Of a stretch of DNA of 64,000 bases, positions 25,873-36,067 are shown in pieces. Position numbers and translations under genes: made by a program. Source of the DNA: Podarcis vaucheri (taxonomy: Eukaryota); the NCBI GenBank assembly GCA_965113315.1, contig OZ220367.1; one strand, given 5' to 3'. The notes under the pieces were generated by a model. The model worked only from the letters and a program-made list of their open reading frames with translations, had not been told where the DNA came from and did not search any database. The stretch's first letter is position 1, and each line of letters begins with the position of its first letter.

Positions 25873-26016
25873 TAGAATAGAATCATAGAATTGTAGAGTT
25901 AGAAGGGACAACGAGAGTCATCTAGTCCAACCCCACGCAGGAATCTTTTGCCCAATGTAGGACTCAAACCCATGACTCTGAGATTACGAATCTCATGCTC
26001 TACTGACTGAGTCATC
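25873..26016 (-). mobile_element. tRNA-Lys-derived SINE with CR1-type tail
   Basis: Reverse strand: ctcagtcagtagagcatgaga...gggtttgagtcc head and ATTCTATG-type tail. Confidence 0.7.
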
Positions 26017-27729
26017 CATCTTGGGCAATTTATTTCTGAGCAGACATAGTTAGGATTGTGCTGTAAATTATCTAGTCTTCTGCAGGACCTTTGCGTGTCG
26101 AGGTCCCCAAGACACCCCCAATAAAACACAAGTGACACATTATTTTTGTTTAAGGTTTTTGGCATAATTTTGGCCACAACTTTATTAAATTACAAGCAAT
26201 GTGAATGGTTGCTTAGGCATTGGTTGCGACTATCTGACCCCACACAGGGACAGTCTGACATTCGCACGCCTGCGAAGTCAGAAAAGGGTAAGACACCCAG
26301 GGACTGAGACGGGACTGGGAACCATGCCTCACCTCTCCTCAAATGCTCCCGGGGGCTCTTGCGTGGCCCTAGCCCCTTGACAAGGTTCGGACAAAAGCAT
26401 GGTGAGCCCCTGGGTTCCTTTAACGGAAAACCCTTGCAGCAGCAGCAGCACTTTTGGAGGGGCAGGCACAGCCAAATCCATACCCCTCCACCAACCAATT
26501 CCCAAACCAATGCCTAACCGCAACCTTACAAGTTGTGTCGATTTGCTACACAGTAGGCAAAAACCAAATGGCACCAGCCAATCAGCCAAATGGACAAAAT
26601 TGCTACCAGACTCCTGCCCCCAAAGCAGATGACCCCATGACAGGCATAGCAAGGTCAAGTGAACAGCCTAAAATAGGGAGGTTGGGAGGGTGATCCGATG
26701 CACGCAGCAAAAAGAGGAAGCTCAACGCTACGCGCAGGGCATTTAAAGACTAGGGCAGTCAATCAAAAAATGGCAACATATAATTCTCCCCAGCAACAGC
26801 CAGCCCTCTGCTAATGGTGGCCAAACTCTTTCCCGCCCAGCAACGGCGGGGTGTCTTGCTAGCCCCCACTGCAACACGTGCTCTCCATGAAGGAGAACAT
26901 GCTTTATTAGGAGGACTAGCAAGTTTCTGGGATTTGTTTGCTGATAATTGCACTCCAGGTTGTCAGTTTCTGAGTATCAACAGCTGTATGAGAAATGCAG
27001 TTTCTCCTAAGCCAGGCAGAGCTGTCCTAGCTACAGCTAAAGTTTACTCACTGGTCCTCTTTGGAAGTGTGTAGTCCATAACCACCATGCGCAACAACAG
27101 AACGTTCCAGAATGCTGGAGGGTTAGCTTGTTGTAGGAGTGGAAATCTGGATTTACTGCATTTTAACATGTATCCACATTGCTTATATTCGAAGCATGAT
27201 AGCCCAGTATCTGAGCTGAAGTTACAGAAGCAGTAAAAGCACAATATTTGTCAATCGGCATTTGTGGGAGGATTCCTTCTGCTCTCTTTGACTTGAGAAT
27301 TGCTAGCTCTTGCAAAAGAAGCTTCTTGCCTGACTAAGCTGTTTCCTGAACTCTGCAAGAAAGAACTAGCTAAAGGATGCTTGAGTTAAGTTTAAAGTTA
27401 TCTCCCTTCAGGCATTCAAGCACAAGTGGAGCCATGCTGGCTAGTGTTGATGGGAGTTGTAGTCCACAACATGTGGAAGACAAGAGGTGAAAGAAGCCTG
27501 CTGTCTACATTGTATAATAATGTGCATTCAATACTTCTTGACCCAGGCTGAATCTGTAACTGGAAATGGGGTTTTCCAACTCTTGTGCAAATAGAGATCT
27601 CATTCACATATATATATATATATATATATATGCAGGTTTTGGTGTCTTCGGGTGTCTTCCCGTGTAAGAGTCGGGGTGTCTGTGCGACGTTTCGACGAGG
27701 TCTCACTCGTCATCTTCAAAACCTTCCAG

Positions 27730-27763
27730 CTGAAGATGACGAGTGAGACCTCGTCGAAACGTC
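27730..27763 (+). ncRNA. Minimal hammerhead ribozyme motif (PLE family A, S2)
   Basis: CUGAAGA-U-GACGAG-ugagac-CUCGUC-GAAAC-GUC; upstream helix I strand altered by the junction. Confidence 0.6.
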
Positions 27764-27846
27764 GCACAGACACCCCGACTCTTACACGGGAAGACACCCG
27801 AAGACACCAAAACCTGCATTCCTGTACCCGTGAAAATCTACGAAAG

Positions 27847-27901
<55 letters not shown>

Positions 27902-28276
27902 TTTCGTAGATTTCGTAGATATATATATGCTTTCGTAGATTTTCGTAGATTTTCACGGGTACAGGAATGCAGGTTTTGGTGTCTTCGGGTGTCTTCCCGT
28001 GTAAGAGTCGGGGTGTCTGTGCGACGTTTCGACGAGGTCTCACTCGTCATCTGCACTTAATGACCCACCCAGTGATATTCAGAATATCACTCATGAAATC
28101 ACCCAAGATATCCCTCAAGTAATTAAAGAACAAAAGAAGAAAAGGCACACTAATCTAGGAACTTCCTCTCTGCCCAGAACGTTGGAGGCTATACACCACA
28201 CCCCTCAACAGTATTTATAGGAACTCAAACACCAGACTCTGCTCTGTTCCAGTAACAAGAAGCCGAAAGCACCAGC

Positions 28277-28310
28277 CTGAAGATGACGAGTGAGACCTTG
28301 TCGAAACGTC
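28277..28310 (+). ncRNA. Minimal hammerhead ribozyme motif (S4)
   Basis: Same core; helix II has one G-U pair (CUUGUC). Confidence 0.7.
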
Positions 28311-28361
28311 GCACAGACACCCCGACTCTTACACGGGAAGACACCCGAAGACACCAAAACC

Positions 28362-28408
<47 letters not shown>

Positions 28409-28490
28409 TTTCGTAGATTTTCACGGGTACAGGAATGCAGGTTTTGGTGTCTTCGGGTGTCTTCCCGTGTAAGAGTCGGGGTGTCTGTGC

Positions 28491-28524
28491 GACGTTTCGA
28501 CGAGGTCTCACTCGTCATCTTCAG
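28491..28524 (-). ncRNA. Minimal hammerhead ribozyme motif (S5)
   Basis: Complete CUGANGA / helix II / GAAA / palindromic ACGU helix III / GUC on the minus strand. Confidence 0.72.
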
Positions 28525-28758
28525 GCTGGTGCTTTCGGCTTCTTGTTACTGGAACAGAGCAGAATCTGGTGTTTGAGTTCCTATAAATACTGTTGAGGGG
28601 TGTGGTGTATAGCCTCCAACGTTCTGGGCAGAGAGGAAGTTCCTAGATTAGTGTGCCTTTTCTTCTTTTGTTCCTTAATTACTTGAGGGATATCTTGGGT
28701 GATTTCATGAGTGATATTCTGAATACCACTGGGTGGGTCATTAAGTGTAGATTAGTTG

Positions 28759-29847
28759 CTAAAGCTTTCGTGTCTTGACCTCTTGAGCTTGTGAAGAGTT
28801 TTTCTGAGAAGATGGCTGTGCTGCATTTAGTTGTGCTCTGGCTTGGCTTCGTGTATAGGGGCGAGCTGTGGTTTTGTGCCTTGTGCCAGCCAGATCTGTG
28901 TAGGGATTGCAGGGGGGTGCAGCATCCGGAGGTGCCACTATAGTTTGGCTACTGGATGGAGTCTGTAATATGTCTGTGGAGAGGGTCTGGGTTTGGGTCT
29001 GGTGTGGTTGATTGGTGACGGCGTTCTGTGTGCCTCTGGTTCTGGTGTCGGTTTTTGTGGGGAGGGCTAATTTCCAGATGTCTGGCAGGCGGGACGTGTC
29101 GTCACGCTTGTTCATGTTGTGAGGGTGTTTCTCTATCTCGATGGCTTCCATGATTATTCTCTTGTGGTGATGTTCCATGTTAAAGAGCAATTTGGAATCT
29201 GCAAAATTAATTTCGTGTCCTGTTTCTTTCATGTGTTGGAAAAGAGAGGAAGTTTTTTCTTCTTTTTTGACGGCATTCTTGTGTTCTGCGATACGTGCAT
29301 TTATTCGTCTGTTTGTTTGTCCAATGTACGTGGCTGGGCAGACTTTGCAGGGTATTTCATAGACCCCTTGGTTTTCCAGCTGGATTTTGTCTTTTGGGTT
29401 TCTGAGGATATTGGCTATTTTTTGGTTGGTGCAGAAGGCTGTTTTGATATTGTGTTTATGGAGGATTTTGCTGATTTTGTCTGTAGTGCCCTTGATATAA
29501 GGAAGGAGGGCCATGCCATTGTTTTCTTCTGTGTCTTGGTTTTTGGGGGGTGTTTCTTTTTGGATTAGCTTCGTAACCCTGTTTTTCTGGTATCCATTGG
29601 CGATTAACACATTTGAGAGATTCTGTAACTCAGTTGTCAAGTGGTCTTTGTCAGCCAGGCGTTTGGTTCTGGAGATGAGAGTCTTGGCTACGGAGTTTAT
29701 TTGTGCAGGGTGGTGGTGTGATTGTGCATGTAAGTAGCGGTTGGTGTGTGTTTTTATATATATATGCAGGTTTTGGTGTCTTCGGGTGTCTTCCCGTGTA
29801 AGAGTCGGGGTGTCTGTGCGACGTTTCGACGAGGTCTCACTCGTCAT
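28759..29847 (-). CDS. 5'-truncated PLE ORF: RT thumb + GIY-YIG endonuclease (Penelope/Poseidon type), fused in frame to a pLTR-derived ATG
   Basis: KTHTNRYL...HHPAQ (PLE thumb), LPYIKG, GVYEIPCKVCPATYIGQTNR...RIAEH...FQH...H...EAIEI...MNKRDD. No Neptune-type Cys linker; no RT catalytic core. The first ~31 aa derive from pLTR and (TA)n. Confidence 0.88.
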   Translation of the reverse strand: MTSETSSKRRTDTPTLTREDTRRHQNLHIYIKTHTNRYLHAQSHHHPAQINSVAKTLISRTKRLADKDHLTTELQNLSNVLIANGYQKNRVTKLIQKETPPKNQDTEENNGMALLPYIKGTTDKISKILHKHNIKTAFCTNQKIANILRNPKDKIQLENQGVYEIPCKVCPATYIGQTNRRINARIAEHKNAVKKEEKTSSLFQHMKETGHEINFADSKLLFNMEHHHKRIIMEAIEIEKHPHNMNKRDDTSRLPDIWKLALPTKTDTRTRGTQNAVTNQPHQTQTQTLSTDILQTPSSSQTIVAPPDAAPPCNPYTDLAGTRHKTTARPYTRSQARAQLNAAQPSSQKNSSQAQEVKTRKL

Positions 29848-29853
29848 CTTCAG
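29820..29853 (-). ncRNA. Minimal hammerhead ribozyme motif (S6)
   Basis: Identical to the S5 copy, 1329 nt upstream on the same strand. Confidence 0.72.
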
Positions 29854-30226
29854 GCTGGTGCTTTCGGCTTCTTGTTACTGGAACAGAGCAGAGTCTGGTG
29901 TTTGAGTTCCTATAAATACTGTTGAGGGGTGTGGTGTATAGCCTCCAACGTTCTGGGCAGAGAGGAAGTTCCTAGATTAGTGTGCCTTTTCTTCTTTTGT
30001 TCCTTAATTACTTGAGGGATATCTTGGGTGATTTCATGAGTGATATTCTGAATATCACTGGGTGGGTCATTAAGTGTAGATTAGTTGCTAAAGCTTTCGT
30101 GTCTTGACCTCTTGAGCTTGTGAGACCTCGTCGAAACGTCGCACAGACACCCCGACTCTTACACGGGAAGACACCCGAAGACACCAAAACCTGCATTCCT
30201 GTACCCGTGAAAATCTACGAAAGCAA

Positions 30227-30280
<54 letters not shown>

Positions 30281-32027
30281 CCTGAATGTTGCTAACTTGT
30301 GTATCCTAAATCAGGATATTCACTGGTGCCAGAAGTGTGTATCGTCCCTCTTTCTCTTTGAAAGGTAGCCCTCTGAAGCAAGCTGGCCAGGCTTTGACTG
30401 CTCCATATGAAATCAGCTGCCTGTCTGACTAGCTCTCTTCCATAAGAGGGAATTTTATGCTGTGAGTTCAGTAGCCTAAAATCAGGGATGGGAAAACCAT
30501 GGTTTTTAAACATTGTTGGACTCCAATTCTCATCAGCCCTAGCCAGCATGGCCAATAATCAGGATTATGGGAGTTGTAGCCTAGGAGGGCCACAGCTTCC
30601 CCATCATAGAAGATGGTGTGTTCCTGATTCCCTTCTGACAGTGTATCCTTATTCCTGTCCTCCTGCTAGAAGCTATTAGTGGGGTGTTCACACACAGATG
30701 CCTTTATATCAGGCTCCTTTGTAGATCTGAAATGTTGCATGTGGGGTCATTAAACCCTTTTGTAAATCCCAAAGTCCTAACTTCTTCAAGTATTTAGTTC
30801 ATTTAGACTGGAATGAAATAGGAGGAGCTGACATATGAGAAATGTTAGATAAACAAGATTCACCCCATGAAGAGACCCTGGTGGCAACATCTTGCTATTT
30901 TTAAACTTGAGAACACGCAACTTAATTTATATATGTAGTCTTTCCTCCTTTTCAGGGGGCAGGGGGAGAGGGAGATGTCCTGGATCTATTACAAATGTCA
31001 GAGCAGAGTCAGCCAAGGTTGTCTTTTCAAAATTCTGCCATTATGGTATTTTTAGCAGTGGTTACATTCATCAGTTCACCTTGCAGCTTCTTATGTTGCA
31101 CATAATTATCACTGCAGTTATTAAGACTTGTGGGGAAGGAGGTGGAAACGTCTATTTTTGAGTGTGGTTCCAAGCATACAGATAATTCGGAGGGCTGCCT
31201 CAGCAATCGTGCTCCATTCTCAGGCGAGGGAGATCTTGCTTGCTTTATTAAGTTCCTCTTAACTGGATGTGCCAGAACGGTTGCTAGGACGTTGGATACA
31301 CAAAGTACACGTTCTACCAAAAGCCTAGCAGGGCCATCACTAGTCATCAGTTGGCGCTTTGGATGTGGAGAGTCTCATGCACAGCTGAGGGCCAAAATAG
31401 ATGTGCTGTTGATGGCGTTCACGCAGTTAACATGGCACATTTCCCATTATGTAAATAACAGCCGCAGGGAAGCCTGAGCATCTTTACAGCTCTGGGAGAG
31501 GGAAAATGCAACTCTCTCCCGGCCCAGGTCTCCACACAAAAAATCTCTTTTCTGAAGCAATCAGCATTTCCGCAGAAGTTTCCATTGGGATGAATAAGTT
31601 GCAAGGGGTGGGTTGAGGGATAGGAAGAGGAATATCAGTTGTTGTGGGTTCCAGCTTGTTTTCCCATGGAACAAAGACTGCAAACAAATATTTGCAATGT
31701 CCATTACATGTAACACACAGGAACTAGATAATGGATACAACCCGTTATCCAGATCTAGACTTTGACCCTTCACAGCATCGTCCCCTCATTTATCTATTTC
31801 TCTCTACTCCTCTCTGATAACCCAGAAGAACCAGAGCTGTCATTGTTCCACAAGCCCCATACCTTCAAATTTGGGGTAAATCTGGTAATCCCAGATTTCA
31901 ATGCCATGCTAGTAAAGCAGCATCTAGCTATTGGTGCAGGATAACAGATTTAAATCAATAACCTTTAGTAAGCCTTTTTGTAAAACTGCTGTGCAATTCC
32001 AGCCCTCTTTTACATATCCTTCATCTG

Positions 32028-32123
32028 AAGGTATCTGAAGAAGTGTGCATGCACACGAAAGCTCATCCCAATAACAAACTTAGTTGGTTTCTAAGGTGCT
32101 ACTGGAAGGAATTTTTTTATTTT
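32028..32123 (+). mobile_element. 96-bp PLE terminal insertion (family B) consisting of a hammerhead plus tail
   Basis: GGUAU-CUGAAGA-A-GUGUGCAUGCACAC-GAAAGCUC-AUCCC; 14-bp TSD ATATCCTTCATCTG (32014-32027, 32124-32137). Confidence 0.85.
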
Positions 32124-35100
32124 ATATCCTTCATCTGTGAATCTTAGGGATCTTAGTTATAGGATGGTGACCAAGTGCATTTGCGTTGCTCATGGATGAT
32201 TGGTAATAGAGTTTATTTGCACCTGCTTAATGTTACTTAATGTTAGTAATTGACATATTAGGAATCTAAAGTACAGTACTTGGTGCCAGCATTTTAAAAA
32301 GTTAAAAATAACAGCCCCAGATGCTCTGTAGAACAGGACTCCAAATAACATTTCCCAAACAAGAGGACAAAAGTTTTAGATGACTGAACTGCAGAAAATT
32401 GACTAATGAAATAGACCTAATGTGTTTAGTGGGAATTTTCTAGCACTCAAAACAATTACTTAACCATCTCTCTCTCGGCTTGTAAAAAGAAATTTATATT
32501 GATGGCATAAAAATTGCTGATACATTTTACCTCCTCCTAATCAAATAAATAGCATTTTCTCTCCAGGAAAAATGGTTAATCAGGAATAAGAGATGAATGC
32601 AACCCACCTTGCACTGCAATCACTTCAGATTCAATAAATTAAGTACCACTAGGACAGATTAATATTTGCATGGCAGCCTCTTTGGAAGAGACTCTGCAGA
32701 GCTTTTTAATCAGCACAGGGCCTTCCTTTCTTCATGGTGAATTGGTGCCCTGAATGGCCGCCCTGTTTTACTCAACCAGCTGTCCTGCCTGTACGCATAT
32801 AAAGCAGGAGGGTGGGGATAATTGTTCTGGGTAGTTTCCTCTCACTTGTGCTCCTCTTTTGAAGTAAAAGTAAGACAGTCACACCCTCTTATGGGAACTG
32901 GGCAGACATGCGAACCACAGGTGTGTCTGCCCCCATCACATTTAGTTTGGGCTGGCGTGATGTCTCCCATTCCCCCGTCACATGGAACAAACCCTCCAGT
33001 ACTGTGCTTTTCAGTAGAGTTGGTTCGTCCATTTGGCAGTGAGTCACAGGAGTGATGGGTGATAAATAAATCAGAAGAATGAGCCTTCAGTTTCACAGTC
33101 ATTTCTTAATATCAGCTCATTTGCATTATAGGTCTTGGAGAGTCTTGGAGATCTTTGTTTTTCCAACACGCCATTTCTAAATTGAATAGATTTAATTGCA
33201 GTTCAAGACTGGGCTTGCATTCAAAATATGATTCTTCTGTCCACCCTCTCCAAATATGCGTGTCTTCAGGCCAAAAGAAATTAACTGCAATAGTGTTAAC
33301 GCTAGTACTACCGCTGGTAATAACTAAATAACCTATCAGTGTTCAGGTCAGGATTGTTGGTATGCTAGCAATAATAAATTATAACTTGCACATCAGTCCA
33401 GCTTTTATCATGTGGAGCAGGCTTTCTGAGTGTTTATTCCCCCCCTTTTTTATAGAAAACAGCTTTGTGGACCTGCTTGGTCAAAAAACCAGATCTTAAA
33501 TTGTGAGCACAGGAAATAAGGTTTTTTCAGTGGTGGCCCCATAGCTAAGGATCTCCCTGCTTAAGTAGTATGATTCCACTCACACATACACCGGCATTTT
33601 CTTATAAGTGAGCTCTGAAATAGTTTTTATTTCCATCTTCCTTTGACTAGATGTGTGACTTCATTACCCTTCTTCAATGCATGGGAGTTAGGGTTTTTGT
33701 ATATTTTTGGCTGGCTTGAAATGAAATGGTCTTACTGTTCAAATATTTTAAGAATGAGAATGGTGGTGTTCGTTTTAAAACATTTTTATTGTATGTTGCT
33801 TTGGGAAGCTATATGATAGACTAGAAGATTACAAGGGAGCTCCTTAAATAAAACATAAATAAATAACTCTAGATGAATTGGGGATACTACTGATCCGGCA
33901 ATATATATGTATCCAAAGCCAAAAAGTTAGATTGCCACTGATCAGCTGTGTAGGAAGGGATGCAGCGGAAGGGAAGCAGAGATTCAGTACCTCTCTTTGT
34001 CCTTTCTACCAAACAGGTGATTCCAGCTTTCTTGATTCACCTGTTTCGTGTGCTCTGTTCTGGCTGTTTGCACGTGTGCTTTGTTCAATCAGGCCACAGT
34101 GTTTACCAAATAAGCCTGATTAAATAAGATGTATTGGCATTAAACTGCATGTAAGTTAGTTAGATATTTTTATCTGACAGCTCTGGCAGTTACTTGTACC
34201 AGCTTTTCATTTTGTGACCTCAAAGCCCAGCATTTGTGATGTCAGCAATACAGTCTTGGAAGAAGTAGATGATTCCCCCCCCCCAGCTGATTTCTGTGCC
34301 TCAAGACTGCATTTCCAGGAGGTTGGCACATTCAAGAGTGGACTTTGGTGCCCTGTGTGAGGCCAAATTTTGGCACCCCCAAATGAATCTTCTCAATTGT
34401 GGGTCTTCTCAATTTTGTGCCCCATCGGCTGGGTGCCCTGTGCGGGGGAACCACCCGCACCACCCTAAATCTGGCACTGGGCACATTGGTTCATAAACAT
34501 TAGAGACTTACACATATGAAAGAGATATCTGGACCATTGGAGTGACAAGAAGATAGAAATGGTCACCATGAAAGGAGGAAGGAGCTGAAAAGCTAGGTAG
34601 ATGATAATAGGCATCACTGCTTGTTGTGAATATGCTCATACACCACTTTCAGGAAGTGGGTTTGGCAGAAGTTCTTGACTTCAATTCCCAGCATCTCCAG
34701 GTAAGGCTGGAAGAGCCACAGTCAGTCAGCATAGAGACAATACTGAACTATATCAATCAATACTGTAATTCTGAGCCAGACCATTGATCGATAAAGCTCA
34801 GTATTGTCTTTGCGTGCTTCCAATGTTCCTTTGGAAGCGAAGGCTCTATCAAACCACATTCAACAGCTTTAAAAACAGTGTTGTCTCCATCCCAAGCTGA
34901 CATGCTGAATGAAAAGTGTTATGCGTGTTGATTATGGTGGTACCACAAGGACTATGGGCTGTTTACAGATGCTTTTCATATAGGAGCATGGGTGAGTTGT
35001 TTAGTGTCTGATGAAGCCACAGGCATGCAGTTATTAAGCTATTTGTTTAATCTGACAAAGATTGTGGCTCAACTTGCCATCGCTCAGCTGACTTTCAGAA

Positions 35101-35713
35101 GCTGGTAGTGATCAGGTAAACAGAGATTGAGAAATGTGGCAAGACAATAACAATGATGGGGGTACCACAGATTCAAGAACTATCACTTTGTAATCCACAT
35201 CTTACTCTGAATTCAAAACAAGTGAGTCAACTCACTGGGTGTTTGGGAGACAGGGTGGGGTGATGTCTGTTGTGTCAGTTCAGTCACCCCTTTCTTTTGA
35301 AAAGAGAATGGTGCTTACCAGAAAGTATGGAGTGAGAACTTTAGCTGTAGTGGCTTATTGTCTCATTAAACTGCACTAAATGGCAAGCCTTTAGAAGCGA
35401 GATAGAAATGTCTTTTTCAATGTCCTGCTAGCACCACCTCCCATCCTTGGCAGCTGGCCATTTTGACAGCCCATTGCGTTTCTTTGAGGCTCAGCAGTCC
35501 AGGTTCTGAACCTGTCACCACAGGTCTTCCCCTCCATTTATATCCTGTGTCACACAGAGTTAGAAATAAATTGTATTAAATAACTCCTGTCCCTGCATTG
35601 GGCAACACATCAATTTGCTCCTGCTGGTCTCAGATAACCCCTAGACACCAAATCGTCACAGATGGGAATTGCTTGGCTAGGACAAGTCTGTACTTCCTCT
35701 GTGTCCCTGAGTT

Positions 35714-36067
35714 AGGTAAAGGTAAAGGGACCCCTGACCATTAGGTCCAGTCGTGACTGACTCTGGGGTTGCGGAGCTCATCTCGCTTTATTGGCCGAGG
35801 GAGCCGGCGTACAGCTTCCGGGTCATGTGGCCAGCATGATTAAGCCGCTTCTGGCGAACCAGAGCAGCACACGGAAACACCGTTTACCTTCCCGCTGGAG
35901 CGATACCTATTTATCTACTTGCACTTTGACGTGCTTTCGAACTGCTAGGTTGGCAGGAGCAGGGACCAAGCAACGGGAGCTCACCCCGTCGCGGGGATTC
36001 GAACCGCAACCTTCGGATCGGCAAGTCCTAGGCTCTGTGGTTTAACCCACAGCACCACCCGCGTCCC
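35714..36067 (-). mobile_element. Sauria SINE, full length
   Basis: Reverse complement of the 7994 family. Confidence 0.9.

Larger units (their letters stand above)
27630..30227. mobile_element. Penelope-like element cluster in a (TA)n microsatellite, seven pLTR segments
   Basis: S1 27630-27718(-), S2 27730-27850(+), S3 27899-28052(-), S4 28049-28366(+), S5 28406-29755(-, with ORF), S6 29764-30123(-), S7 30120-30227(+). Near-identical; every 3' end abuts (TA)n. Confidence 0.93.

Noticed and set aside
27416-28576. Many repeated ORFs (MTSETSSKRR..., MRPRRNVAQ..., IYIYIY)
   Set aside because: Translations of non-coding pLTR copies and (TA)n, not separate genes.
27630-30227. CRISPR-like or tandem-array reading of the repeats
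   Set aside because: Eukaryotic DNA, mixed orientations, no unique spacers; explained by PLE termini.
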